Made by a program: the position numbers and the translations under genes. DNA of 38,587 nucleotides, taken from assembly GCA_022447165.1 (NCBI GenBank), contig JAKVBR010000002.1, forward strand, positions 1 through 38,587, read 5' to 3'. The first letter of the stretch is position 1. Each line of letters begins with the position of its first letter. The notes below the pieces were generated by a model. That model was not told where the DNA came from. It ran no database searches and was given only the letters and a program-made list of their open reading frames with translations. This DNA comes from Phycisphaerales bacterium. GTDB lineage: Bacteria > Planctomycetota > Phycisphaerae > Phycisphaerales > SM1A02. Below, in pieces: positions 8,889-18,188 of the stretch.

Positions 8889-9701
8889 TTAACTCAGCGG
8901 CAAGCACACAACAAAGTCGCTGCCCTGCCCAACTGTTGAATCGACATTGATGTGCCCACCATGTTCTTGAATGATGCGGTGCGTTGTCGGTAATCCAAGA
9001 CCAGTCCCCCCCCGCTTTGTGGACACATAAGGATGGAAAATTTCTTCGACCTTTGCTTGGTCAATACCGCTACCCGTGTCAATGATGTGTAACTGCGCTT
9101 CGTGCTTTTGCACATCAAGGCGGATCATAAGTTCTTTGTCGATGCTTTCGCTCATCGCTTGAACAGCGTTAATCAGTAAATTGAGGATCGCCTGTTTTAA
9201 GAGCGGCGCATCGATGTCGACCATTACAGACGCATCAGGCAACTGCATTCGTAACACGATGCCTTCGTTGTCGCACTGTGAATGATAGAAGTCTTCGAGT
9301 TCTTCAAGAACAAGACGCAAATCTTGTACGCTGCAATCGAGTTTCATTCGCCCAGCAAACTGAAGAAAGTCATCGAGAATACCCCGAAGGCGTTCAACTT
9401 CTCGTGAAAGCGATTCCAACCGCTTTGTGATTCGACTCATTTCATCTTGCTTGATATCGAGTTGTTCAACATCTTCAGCAAGGAGTTGGGCGTTGAGCCC
9501 AACTGTTGAAAGCGGATTCTTGATTTCATGCGCAAGCCCTGATGTCATGTTTCCGATTTCTGCCATGCGTTCGGATGCCTGCGCGCGTTTCATCGCATCT
9601 TCTAATTTTTTGACATCACGCTTGTGCCGCCAAAGTGCAAATGGCAAAACAGACACCGCCCCAAGGGCGATGCCTGTTATCAGCCATGTTCCGGAAAACA
9701 T
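8889..9701 (-). CDS. Sensor histidine kinase (single TM, HisKA + HATPase_c, no obvious sensor domain)
   Basis: H box 'SGLAHEIKNPLS', N box 'LLINAVQA', G1 'DTGSGI', G2 'GGTGLGL'. One N-terminal hydrophobic helix. The start lies 3 nt after the pnp stop. Confidence 0.85.
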   Translation of the reverse strand: MFSGTWLITGIALGAVSVLPFALWRHKRDVKKLEDAMKRAQASERMAEIGNMTSGLAHEIKNPLSTVGLNAQLLAEDVEQLDIKQDEMSRITKRLESLSREVERLRGILDDFLQFAGRMKLDCSVQDLRLVLEELEDFYHSQCDNEGIVLRMQLPDASVMVDIDAPLLKQAILNLLINAVQAMSESIDKELMIRLDVQKHEAQLHIIDTGSGIDQAKVEEIFHPYVSTKRGGTGLGLPTTHRIIQEHGGHINVDSTVGQGSDFVVCLPLS

Positions 9702-9704
9702 TGT

Positions 9705-11897
9705 TTAGTTTTCCACCGTCTCAGCTTCTGCTTTTTCTTCTGATGCTTCGTTTTCTTTCTCAGCATCTTTCAGAAGTGCTTTCACGGAGAGTTTAATTCT
9801 GCCTGTGTCATCGACATTGATGACTTTCACTTTGATTTTGTCACCGACCTTACAGATGTTTTCGACTTTCTCGACGAAGCCATCAGCGAGTTCAGAGATG
9901 TGACACATGCCATCAGTTCCAGGTGCAATTTCGATGAATGCACCGAAGTCGCGAGTTGAAACAACTTTGCCTTCAAAGACGCTACCGACTTTGATTTCTG
10001 CTGCAATTGCTTCAACTGCTGCTTTCGCTGATTCTGCAGCTTCCATATTTACGGAACTAATGAAGACGATGCCGTCATCGTTAATGTCGATGGTTGCGCC
10101 GGTGTCTTCAGTGATTTGACGGATTGTTTTGCCACCAGGACCAATGAGTTTACCGATCTTCTCTGGGTCGATTGCAATTGAAATCATGCGTGGCGCATAT
10201 TCACTCATCTCGCTTCGTGGTGCTGGGATACAGCCCTCCATTTGGTCAATGATGTCGTGACGACCCTTGCGAGCCATTTCAAAAATCTCTTCAAGTTCAT
10301 CGAACCAAAGACCGCGCGCCTTCAAGTCAAGTTGAACGCCGGTGATGCCTGTCTTCGTACCACAAACTTTAAAGTCCATGTCGCCGAAGAAGTCTTCTTC
10401 ACCAATGATGTCCATCACGCGAATGACTTTGCCTTCGTCGTTACTAAAGCGGCCAACGCTAATGCCAGCACATGTGCTTTGAATTGGAACGCCTGCGTCC
10501 ATGAGTGCAAGACAACCACCGCACACACTTGCCATTGAAGATGAACCGTTTGATTCAGTAATGTCACTGACAAGTCGAATGGTGTATGGGAACTCTTCTA
10601 CATCAGGCAAGATGCCTAAAAGTGAACGCTCAGCAAGTGCGCCGTGACCGATTTCTCGGCGACCAGGGCCCATGATACGACCTGCTTCGCCTGTACAGAA
10701 TGGCGGGAAGTTGTAATGAAGGTAGAACTTCTTCGCGTATTCTGGCATGAGTCCATCAACGATTTGTTCATCCTTACCTGTGCCAAGTGTACATGTCACA
10801 AGTGATTGTGTTTCGCCTCGTTGGAAGAACGCACTACCGTGTGTTCTTGGGAAAATTTTCGTTTCCATCTCCAAATCGCGGATTTGGTTAAACTCACGAC
10901 CGTCAGCACGCGTGCTCTCATCAACGATGAGCTGGCGAGTGCATTTCTTTTCTAGTTTTCTAAACGCTTCTTTTGCTTCACGCTGCGTCTTTTCAGCAGC
11001 CATGTACGCTGTGTAGCTCGCGTCTTCTGGAAGTGCAAAGTGCTCTTCAATCATTGATTCGCGAAGAGCGTTGACTGCTTCGTTGCGTTCTTCTTTACCA
11101 CCGATGCGTCTCGCTTCAAGCATTTTCTCTTTTACGAGTTCAGCAACTTTTGCAGTGACTTCTTCGCTTGGAAGTGCGAGGTCGCCCATGCGTTTTTCAG
11201 TTGTGCCTGCTTTTTCAGCAAGTTCGTTTTGGAGTTCAAGAATTGGCTTGATGCCTTCTTCGTAACCAAACTTGATTGCGCCCATCACGCATGCTTCGTC
11301 GACTTGCGCTGCACCGATTTCAATCATGTTAACGCCGTCGCAGTGACCTGAAAGAACAAGGTCTAAGTCTGAGTACTGCATTTGTGTTTGGGTTGGGTTG
11401 AGGACGTATGTTTCACCGTCGTCAGTCATGATGCGACCAATACGGACTGTTGCAACTGGGCCTTCAAATGGTGAGTCAGTTAAGCAGAGCGCCGCTGATG
11501 CGCCTGTGCATGCAATGATATCTGCGTCGTTTTCACCGTCGTGGCTCATCACCCACGCTTGGATTTGACATTCGTCAACATATCCGTCAGGGAAGAGCGG
11601 ACGAATCGGTCTATCCATCAATCTCATTGTGAGGATTTCTTTTTCGTTTGGCGCGCCTTCTCGTTTTCGGAATCCTCCAGGGAATTTGCCTGCTGCAGAT
11701 GTGCGCTCTCTGTAGTCACACTGAAGCGGGAAGAAGTCCAGACCAGGTCTTGGGTTTGCACGCATTGCGGTACACATCACGACTGTATCGCCGTATGTCA
11801 CCATCACGCAACCACTTGCCTGCTTTGCAACTTGACCGGTTTCAAATCGCATCATGCGATTACCGATTTCTCGTTCTACGATTATTTTGGTACTCAT
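9705..11897 (-). CDS. pnp: Polynucleotide phosphorylase / polyadenylase
   Basis: 730 aa with two RNase PH domains ('FFQRGETQSLVTCTLG', 'SNGSSSMASVCGGCLALMDAGVP'), a KH domain ('IGKLIGPGGKTIRQI') and an S1 domain ('GSVFEGKVVSTRDFGAFIEI'). It lies downstream of rpsO, as is canonical. Confidence 0.97.
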   Translation of the reverse strand: MSTKIIVEREIGNRMMRFETGQVAKQASGCVMVTYGDTVVMCTAMRANPRPGLDFFPLQCDYRERTSAAGKFPGGFRKREGAPNEKEILTMRLMDRPIRPLFPDGYVDECQIQAWVMSHDGENDADIIACTGASAALCLTDSPFEGPVATVRIGRIMTDDGETYVLNPTQTQMQYSDLDLVLSGHCDGVNMIEIGAAQVDEACVMGAIKFGYEEGIKPILELQNELAEKAGTTEKRMGDLALPSEEVTAKVAELVKEKMLEARRIGGKEERNEAVNALRESMIEEHFALPEDASYTAYMAAEKTQREAKEAFRKLEKKCTRQLIVDESTRADGREFNQIRDLEMETKIFPRTHGSAFFQRGETQSLVTCTLGTGKDEQIVDGLMPEYAKKFYLHYNFPPFCTGEAGRIMGPGRREIGHGALAERSLLGILPDVEEFPYTIRLVSDITESNGSSSMASVCGGCLALMDAGVPIQSTCAGISVGRFSNDEGKVIRVMDIIGEEDFFGDMDFKVCGTKTGITGVQLDLKARGLWFDELEEIFEMARKGRHDIIDQMEGCIPAPRSEMSEYAPRMISIAIDPEKIGKLIGPGGKTIRQITEDTGATIDINDDGIVFISSVNMEAAESAKAAVEAIAAEIKVGSVFEGKVVSTRDFGAFIEIAPGTDGMCHISELADGFVEKVENICKVGDKIKVKVINVDDTGRIKLSVKALLKDAEKENEASEEKAEAETVEN

Positions 11898-12044
11898 CGA
11901 AGTACTCCTATTGTGTTAGGCAGTCCCGATGCACCTGCTTGATGTTTCAAGCGACAGAAGACGAGGCATAGGCGTTGACTATGGCTTGTCCACTGCCACC
12001 AGTAAAAAGGGTTTGCAACGGAACCGCGTGTCTCGAAACTTGGG

Positions 12045-12293
12045 TTACTTACGCAATCCGAGTTTTTGAATGGTATTTTGATACGCTTCGCGATTAGTCC
12101 TTGAAAGGTATGAAAGCAAGCGGTTTCGCTTGCCTACCATCATGATCAAGCCCCTCCTTGAGTGGTTGTCATGCTTGTGGGATTTGAGATGTTCTGTCAA
12201 CTCAACAATTCGCGTTGTTAAAGAAGCGATTTGTACTTCTGGCGAACCACAATCGCTCTCATGTCGTTTAAAATCTGCTGTTTCAGTCGTCAT
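12045..12293 (-). CDS. rpsO: 30S ribosomal protein S15
   Basis: '[48 protein letters not shown]' is the S15 signature region. Confidence 0.95.
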   Translation of the reverse strand: MTTETADFKRHESDCGSPEVQIASLTTRIVELTEHLKSHKHDNHSRRGLIMMVGKRNRLLSYLSRTNREAYQNTIQKLGLRK

Positions 12294-12398
12294 TGTTTGT
12301 TTCTTTTCCTCTTTTGAATTGAATCGACTAGTTTACCAAATTTTCACCCATCTTACCACTCATTCCCGCTTGGAAATACAGACCGGAAAACCCCCCAA

Positions 12399-14003
12399 AT
12401 GAGCATAAAAATACTGATTGCAGACAAATTAGCCCCGGAAGGTGCCACATACCTCAAAGGGCAGCCAGAAGTCGAAGTCATTGAAAACACAGGGCTTGCG
12501 GGCGATGAGCTCGTCCGAGCAATTGCTGAAGTTGATGGCGTGATTGTTCGTTCTGCCGTGAAACTGCCACAAGATGTGTTAGACCAAGCATTTAAGAGCG
12601 ACGAGTGCCATTTAAAAGGCATTGCGAGGGCTGGCGTCGGCGTCGATAACATCGACCTAGAAACAGCCACAAAATATGGTGTTGCAGTCATGAATTCTGC
12701 CTCAGCAAGCACGATTACCACTGCTGAACTTGCATTTGCCCTAATGATTTCTCTCGCTCGGAATGTCGCTTCTTCAAATGCCGTCTTTAGAGATGGCGGA
12801 TGGGACCGCTCAGAGTATGTAGGTGTTCAACTTGCGGGGCGCACGCTTGGCATCGTGGGCATGGGCAGAATCGGACAAGCCATGGCAAGGCGCGCGATTG
12901 CATTTGGTATGGAAGTCATCGGGTTTGACCCATTCATGAAGGAGTCCACTGCTCTTGATGGAAATGTTCGCATGCTCGAAACATTTGATGAACTCATCAG
13001 TCAAGTCGACATCGTTTCATTCCATGTTCCAAAAACTGAACAAACAGATGGCATGCTTGGTTCGACGCAGTTTGCAAAAGCCAAAGATGGCTTGCTTGTG
13101 ATTAATGCTGCTCGCGGCGGGATTGTCAATGAAGAAGCGCTCGTCGAAGCGCTTGACTCCGGCAAGTGCGCAGGCGCGGCAGTTGATGTGTATCACTCAG
13201 AGCCCCCAGTCGATGACCACCCATTTAGGAGCCATCCAAAAGTATTAGCAACCCCGCACCTTGGCGCTTCCACAGTTGAAGCGCAGGAAGCAGTTGCAGT
13301 AAATGCGTGCGCATCACTGCTTCGGTACCTTCGCGGTGAAGGCCTTGAAAGTGCTGTCAACGCTGGCGGACTTGACCTTGAACTCAATGGCCGGCAACGC
13401 ACATATGTGGAACTTGCAACTCGCATGATTCTTCTACTTGGCACAGTGGCGAATATTCAAAACACGAAGGAAGTGCATGTTGAACTGTGCGGCAAAGCAA
13501 CTGCAGGCAAGGGCGACACGATTGCACGGTACGCACTTGTTGCGTTGTTACAACAATGTTGTGATGAGCCCGTATCGATAATCAATGTAAGTGCCATAGC
13601 ACGCGAACTTGGCGTGAGCGCCACGCATGATGTCGGACCTGCAGATGCAATTGATGCCATCACGATTCGCACAAAGGGCGAACACGAACACACCATTGAA
13701 GGAACAGTTCATGCTGATGGCATGCCGAGAATCACAAACATTGAAGGCAGACAGATTGACATGGTGCCAAGCGGTCACATGATTACGCTCTTTAACAACA
13801 ATAAGCCGGGCATGGTCGGCAAAGTTGGTGAAGTGCTTGGTGAAGCATCGCTCAACATTGACGAGATGATCATTGGCAAAGCTGATGATCAAGACATGGC
13901 GATGATGATTATCAAAGTGAGTCAATCTCCAAGCGAAGAGATCCTCGGTACGCTTGGTTCACTCGATGGCGTGAGTAAAGTCGCTTCAGTGCAAGTGACT
14001 TAA
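12399..14003 (+). CDS. serA: D-3-phosphoglycerate dehydrogenase (long form with C-terminal ACT domain)
   Basis: NAD-binding 'LGIVGMGRIGQAMARRA' and the catalytic region 'LATPHLGASTVEAQ'. At 534 aa it has an ASB/ACT-like C-terminal part. Confidence 0.92.
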   Translation: MSIKILIADKLAPEGATYLKGQPEVEVIENTGLAGDELVRAIAEVDGVIVRSAVKLPQDVLDQAFKSDECHLKGIARAGVGVDNIDLETATKYGVAVMNSASASTITTAELAFALMISLARNVASSNAVFRDGGWDRSEYVGVQLAGRTLGIVGMGRIGQAMARRAIAFGMEVIGFDPFMKESTALDGNVRMLETFDELISQVDIVSFHVPKTEQTDGMLGSTQFAKAKDGLLVINAARGGIVNEEALVEALDSGKCAGAAVDVYHSEPPVDDHPFRSHPKVLATPHLGASTVEAQEAVAVNACASLLRYLRGEGLESAVNAGGLDLELNGRQRTYVELATRMILLLGTVANIQNTKEVHVELCGKATAGKGDTIARYALVALLQQCCDEPVSIINVSAIARELGVSATHDVGPADAIDAITIRTKGEHEHTIEGTVHADGMPRITNIEGRQIDMVPSGHMITLFNNNKPGMVGKVGEVLGEASLNIDEMIIGKADDQDMAMMIIKVSQSPSEEILGTLGSLDGVSKVASVQVT

Positions 14004-14009
14004 GTTTAA

Positions 14010-15251
14010 CTATTCGAACTTCGACAACCATTCACAGGCTGCGTTCACGCCGTCTGTGATGTTATCTTCGCTACAAGCAAACGAAAGTCGAACATGTTCG
14101 TCTCCGCAACCACCAAAGTCAGTTCCTGGAACGACTGCGACGCTCGCTTCGTCAAGTAGCGCAGTTGCAAATGAGACCGCATCTGTGATTAGCGTTCCAC
14201 CTGGTGACGTCTTGCCGTAGTAATGTGACACTTTTGGAAACGCATAAAACGCGCCGGTTGGTTTTGGGCATTCGACATTTGGCCATTTGCTAATGAGGTC
14301 GTGCATCAGTGTTGCGCGTTTTGCAAAGATTTGACGCATTGACTCGACCTCCTCGGTGAGCCCGAGTGCGACAGGAATTGCTGCAAATGTAAAACTTGTA
14401 ATCGATGTGTTGATTTGACTTTGAAGCGTATTCATCGCCTTCGCAACCGCACCGTCATTTCCGGGGGAGCAGGTGTAGCCAATTCGCCACCCAGTCATCG
14501 CAAATGCTTTTGACAAGCCGTTGATTGTAATGACTCGGTCAGCAATCTCTGGAATGGCACCAAAAGAGAGGTGCTCAATATCTGTATAAATAAGTCGCTC
14601 ATAAATTTCGTCGCTGATGATGTAGACATCAGGATACTTTTCAAGCATCGCAGCAATCTCCCGGGTTTCCTCTGGGGAGTACATCGTGCCGCACGGGTTA
14701 CTTGGCGAGTTGATGAGAATCGCTTTGGTGTTTTCAGTGATTGCCTTCTCAAGTTCATCTGGCGTACATTTGAAATCACTTTCTACAGTCGATGGCACAT
14801 CCACCATTACGCCGCCTGCAAGTTCAATCATTGGCTTGTAACTCACCCACGCTGGCGTCGGCACAATTACTTCTTCGCCCTTGTTCGGGTTAATGATTGC
14901 CATCAGCGCAAGATTGATTGACATTTTTGCGCCAGCGTTAATCGAGATGTGCGACTCAGAACAATCGATGTTATTTTCTTCTCGCAGTTTCTTTGCGATG
15001 GCTTCTCGTGCCTCTGGCGTGCCTTTCGATGGCATGTAATGAGTAACGCCATCTCTGAGCGATTGAATCGCTGCATTTGAAATTGCTTCAGGCGTCGCAA
15101 AGTCGGGCTCGCCTGCACCAAATGCATAGATGTTCTCGCCATTTGCCTTCATCTCTTTCACCTTCGCGCTGATTGCGAGGGTGATTGATGGCGGAATTGA
15201 AGTGGCTCGAGTTGATAGTTCCATGGTCGAAAGATTCGCAGTTGTTGACAT
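14010..15251 (-). CDS. Pyridoxal-phosphate-dependent aminotransferase, class I (aspartate aminotransferase-like)
   Basis: 'FGAGEPDFATP' and the PLP-lysine motif 'LSKAFAMTGWRIGY'. The track ORF extends to a TTG at 15320, which would overlap the first prfB segment. I use the ATG at 15251. The ATG at 15224 ('MELSTRATSIPPS...') is an equally plausible start. Confidence 0.88.
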   Translation of the reverse strand: MSTTANLSTMELSTRATSIPPSITLAISAKVKEMKANGENIYAFGAGEPDFATPEAISNAAIQSLRDGVTHYMPSKGTPEAREAIAKKLREENNIDCSESHISINAGAKMSINLALMAIINPNKGEEVIVPTPAWVSYKPMIELAGGVMVDVPSTVESDFKCTPDELEKAITENTKAILINSPSNPCGTMYSPEETREIAAMLEKYPDVYIISDEIYERLIYTDIEHLSFGAIPEIADRVITINGLSKAFAMTGWRIGYTCSPGNDGAVAKAMNTLQSQINTSITSFTFAAIPVALGLTEEVESMRQIFAKRATLMHDLISKWPNVECPKPTGAFYAFPKVSHYYGKTSPGGTLITDAVSFATALLDEASVAVVPGTDFGGCGDEHVRLSFACSEDNITDGVNAACEWLSKFE

Positions 15252-15295
15252 CTGCGTAGGGTACAATAACCCCTTCTCTGTTACTATGCCTAAGC

Positions 15296-16403
15296 ATGCA
15301 TTTTGAAGCGCATCAACCAATTATTGACGACTTAGAGGCGCGGATTTTAACCATCCGTGACTCTCTTTGACTTTGATACAAAAGTAGACAATAGAGACGC
15401 ACTTCAACAGCAAATGAACGCCGCTGATTTCTGGGAGAATCAAACTGCAGCCCAGAAAGTCATTGATGAGTACAAAGTGCTCAAGGCGCAGACTGAAGAT
15501 TTAGAAAACGTCATCAGTGATTTTGAGGATGCCCAAGTTGGGTACGACCTTGCGAAGGAAGCAGGCGATGATGACCTCCTTAAGGAAGTCGATGAACAAC
15601 TCTTTACACTCCAAAACCGCATGGATAAGGTCGAAACGCAGTCTCTCCTCAATGGCAAACATGACCACCGAAACTGCTTTGTTTCAATTCAATCGAGAGA
15701 TGGTGGAACTGAAGCCGACGACTGGGCGTCCATTCTTGACCGCATGTACAAGAACTTCTGGGAACACAAAGAATTTAAGATTGAAGAGGTTTCGATGACG
15801 CACGGTACTGAGGTCGGCATCTCTGAAGTTACGTATCACATCAAGGGACCAATGGCGTATGGATACATGTCTTGCGAACGCGGCACACACCGCCTTGCTC
15901 GCGTGAGCCCATTTAACGCTCAAGGCAAACGCCAAACAAGTTTCGCAACTGTTGATGTCATTCCTGAGTTTGATGAAAAGGATGTCGAAATCGATGATAA
16001 AGACATCGAGTTTACAACCTTTGCAAGGTCATCAGGTCCGGGTGGTCAGAATGTAAATAAGGTGGCATCTGCTGTTCGCATTGTGCATAAACCAACTGGC
16101 ATTATGGTCGTGAGTTCAACGCATAAAGCGCAACTTCAAAATCGAAAGCAAGCGATGCGCATTCTTCAAGCGAAACTTGAACAACTTGAAGAAGAACGAA
16201 GACAAGTCGAACTCGACCAAGCAATGGGCGGTAAGGTCGACCAAGGGTGGGGTTCACAGATTCGCAGTTATGTCTTTTATGACAACCGCGTCAAAGATCA
16301 CCGAACAAATTTTGAAGTGGGAAATCCTCAAACTGTTTTAGACGGTGCGCTTGATGGCTTTATTGATGCTGAACTCAAGCGTCGCCGCTCTGCGAAGGGT
16401 TAA
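15296..16403 (+). CDS. prfB: Peptide chain release factor 2, expressed via a programmed +1 ribosomal frameshift
   Basis: The downstream frame carries the RF2 'SPF' tripeptide ('[16 protein letters not shown]') and 'GGQ' ('[12 protein letters not shown]'). Translating by hand from ATG 15296 gives [24 protein letters not shown], then in-frame TGA at 15368-15370. A +1 shift on CTT-T-GAC continues [10 protein letters not shown]... in the 15357..16403 track ORF frame. That ORF's GTG 'start' is an artefact. Confidence 0.9.
15365..15371 (+). promoter_or_regulatory. RF2 autoregulatory +1 frameshift site CTT TGA C
   Basis: The exact heptamer CTTTGAC is present. Its UGA is in the frame opened by ATG 15296, and its GAC is in the frame of the RF2 body. 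Confidence 0.8.
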
Positions 16404-16818
16404 GCGTTTTCATCATTCGAACGTGGGGCATGTTGTTCATCGTGAACTCTTCGCCTACTGTGTTAAAACCGTGCTTAAGATAAAAGCCCTCAACATGCTT
16501 GCGGGCAGTGCACCAAACGCCCTCATGAAGTTTACCGAGCACAGCAGTGATGAGTATTGAACCAAGACCATGTCCATGTAAATCTTCACGGACTGCCATG
16601 GAACGCAGTCGCCAAGGACAACCCTCGCAATCAACATGCGATTCCGGCAAGATGCTCACGATCGCAACAATGTCAGCATTGTCGTCTTGCAACGCCATGT
16701 GTAGCGCGCGCTTGTCGCCGTCTGTATCAAACGTCCAGTTTTCTTTGGGTTGATTCGGGCGAAGGACTGTCGAACGAAGCGCATAACAATCTTCTGCTGT
16801 CACAACAATCGGTTTCAT
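16375..16818 (-). CDS. GNAT family N-acetyltransferase
   Basis: Acetyl-CoA motif A reads '[20 protein letters not shown]'. I chose the ATG at 16818 because it forms an ATGA overlap with the stop of the upstream methyltransferase. The track ORF begins at 16842. Confidence 0.75.
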   Translation of the reverse strand: MKPIVVTAEDCYALRSTVLRPNQPKENWTFDTDGDKRALHMALQDDNADIVAIVSILPESHVDCEGCPWRLRSMAVREDLHGHGLGSILITAVLGKLHEGVWCTARKHVEGFYLKHGFNTVGEEFTMNNMPHVRMMKTLNPSQSGDA

Positions 16819-17429
16819 TTTCGCAATCGTACTACGCGGCACGGTGGAAGATTACACCAAACAGGATTTTCACCACCCTGAAACTCGCGCATTCTCGCGT
16901 TAATGTCTGCAGTCCGTTCCTCAGTTGCCTTGCGCAACGTAGGGGTGCCGAACACTGCCTTGATGGTTCGCATTCCAAGATATTCAAAGTATACGAGTTC
17001 GCTACCTTCTTTGAGTAGCGCGAGCATCGTTTGGAAGAGTTCTTCGACAAGTTCCACAGGGAAGTTGTTAAATGGTAAGCCACAAATGATGGTATCAAAC
17101 TCGCCCTCAAGTTCCGCTTCTTGAAGGAGTTCATTGTGGAGTTTGATGATGATCTCTGGATTGTTTTCGCTAAATGAAGCGAGCATGTTCGTTTCAATGT
17201 CCTCGCAGAACGTTTCATTCATTTCAACGATATGGAATTCATCGCCACTTTGTAGCGTTTTCAAAATCGCTTTGGTAAACGAGCCAGTCCCACAACCGAC
17301 CTCAAGGATTCGTTTTTGCTCGCCATGCTGTATTGAAGCGACCATCTCACCCGCAAGAAAACGCGATGAAGGTGCGATTGCACCCGTCGCGTGATAATTC
17401 TTGATTGCCTGAGAGACGAAGCGAATCAC
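16815..17429 (-). CDS. Class I SAM-dependent methyltransferase (RrnaAD / phospholipid N-methyltransferase-like, COG3963-type)
   Basis: Motif I reads 'ILEVGCGTGSFT'. The N-terminal 'TGAIAPSSRFLAGEMV' resembles this family as I recall it. The GTG start forms a GTGA overlap with the rplT stop. Confidence 0.7.
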   Translation of the reverse strand: MIRFVSQAIKNYHATGAIAPSSRFLAGEMVASIQHGEQKRILEVGCGTGSFTKAILKTLQSGDEFHIVEMNETFCEDIETNMLASFSENNPEIIIKLHNELLQEAELEGEFDTIICGLPFNNFPVELVEELFQTMLALLKEGSELVYFEYLGMRTIKAVFGTPTLRKATEERTADINARMREFQGGENPVWCNLPPCRVVRLRK

Positions 17430-17797
17430 TTGCTTGCTTGAGCGGTTGTTTTCTCTTCAGCAAGGGTGACAAGTTTGTCGAATGCTTGAGGATCTTCAAT
17501 CGCCATTTGGCTGAGCATTTTTCGGTTCAGCAAAATGCCTGCGTTCTTCAGACCATTCATGAAACGGCTGTAACGCGTGCCACGCATTCTGCATGCAGCA
17601 GTAATCCGCGTAATCCAAATTCGCCTAAAGTCACGGCGGCGAGCACGGCGGTCACGGTATGCATATTGACCAGCGCGTGTGAGCGCGACTTTTGCTTGTT
17701 GTTTATGTCTACTTTTTGTTCCCCAGTAACCGCGAGCTTCGCGGAGGATTCTTTTTCGTGCTTTGTTTCTAGCAGCACCTTTTCTTACGCGTGGCAT
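17426..17797 (-). CDS. rplT: 50S ribosomal protein L20
   Basis: 'MPRVRKGAARNKARKRILREARGYWGTKSRHKQQAKVALTRAGQYAYRDRRARRRDFRRIWITRI' is a canonical L20 sequence. Confidence 0.95.
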   Translation of the reverse strand: MPRVRKGAARNKARKRILREARGYWGTKSRHKQQAKVALTRAGQYAYRDRRARRRDFRRIWITRITAACRMRGTRYSRFMNGLKNAGILLNRKMLSQMAIEDPQAFDKLVTLAEEKTTAQASK

Positions 17798-17877
17798 GTG
17801 TTGCCTCCTTTGTCATCTGGTCGGGGGTTATGCTGAGTGCTTAACGCTTCAACCCGCCAAATAGTCGTGTTCTCAAA

Positions 17878-18087
17878 TTAGTTTGATGTCAATCGTTCGT
17901 TTAACATTGCACCAATGCGTTTAATGTCTGCCTTACCAACATAGTTGGGCTCTCTATATGAACGCATGAGTTTGCCTGATTTGTGGCTGCGGAGGTGACC
18001 GCCAAATGCACGGCGAACCTTCACCTTGCCTTTCGCAGTAATGCGAATTCGTTTGAGCAGGCCTTTATGTGATTTCAACTTTGACAT
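17878..18087 (-). CDS. rpmI: 50S ribosomal protein L35
   Basis: 'MSKLKSHKGLLKRIRITAKGKVKVRRAFGGHLRSHKSGK'. I trimmed the ORF to the ATG at 18087, which is preceded by a GGAG SD. Confidence 0.9.
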   Translation of the reverse strand: MSKLKSHKGLLKRIRITAKGKVKVRRAFGGHLRSHKSGKLMRSYREPNYVGKADIKRIGAMLNERLTSN

Positions 18088-18188
18088 ACAAAATCTCCAA
18101 TTCGAGCCACGTAGTGTAGCAGAATTCGCCAATTGTGAAAACTGCATCTTCTAGTAACTATGACGTAGACAATGCGTACTTTCGGGGG

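Noticed and set aside
11898-12044. Possible rpsO terminator / pnp autoregulatory RNase III hairpin in the rpsO-pnp spacer.
   Set aside because: Only weak stems are present (GGTT...AACC followed by CTTTTT, and a 5-bp CATAG/CTATG pair). I cannot support a specific structure without folding software or comparative data.
18113-18141. Candidate minus-strand promoter for rpmI-rplT (TTTTCA - 17 nt - TACACT), and an L20-binding leader.
   Set aside because: Both hexamers match only 4 of 6 positions. The implied leader is too short (~18 nt) to hold an L20 operator. It is too weak to list as a feature.
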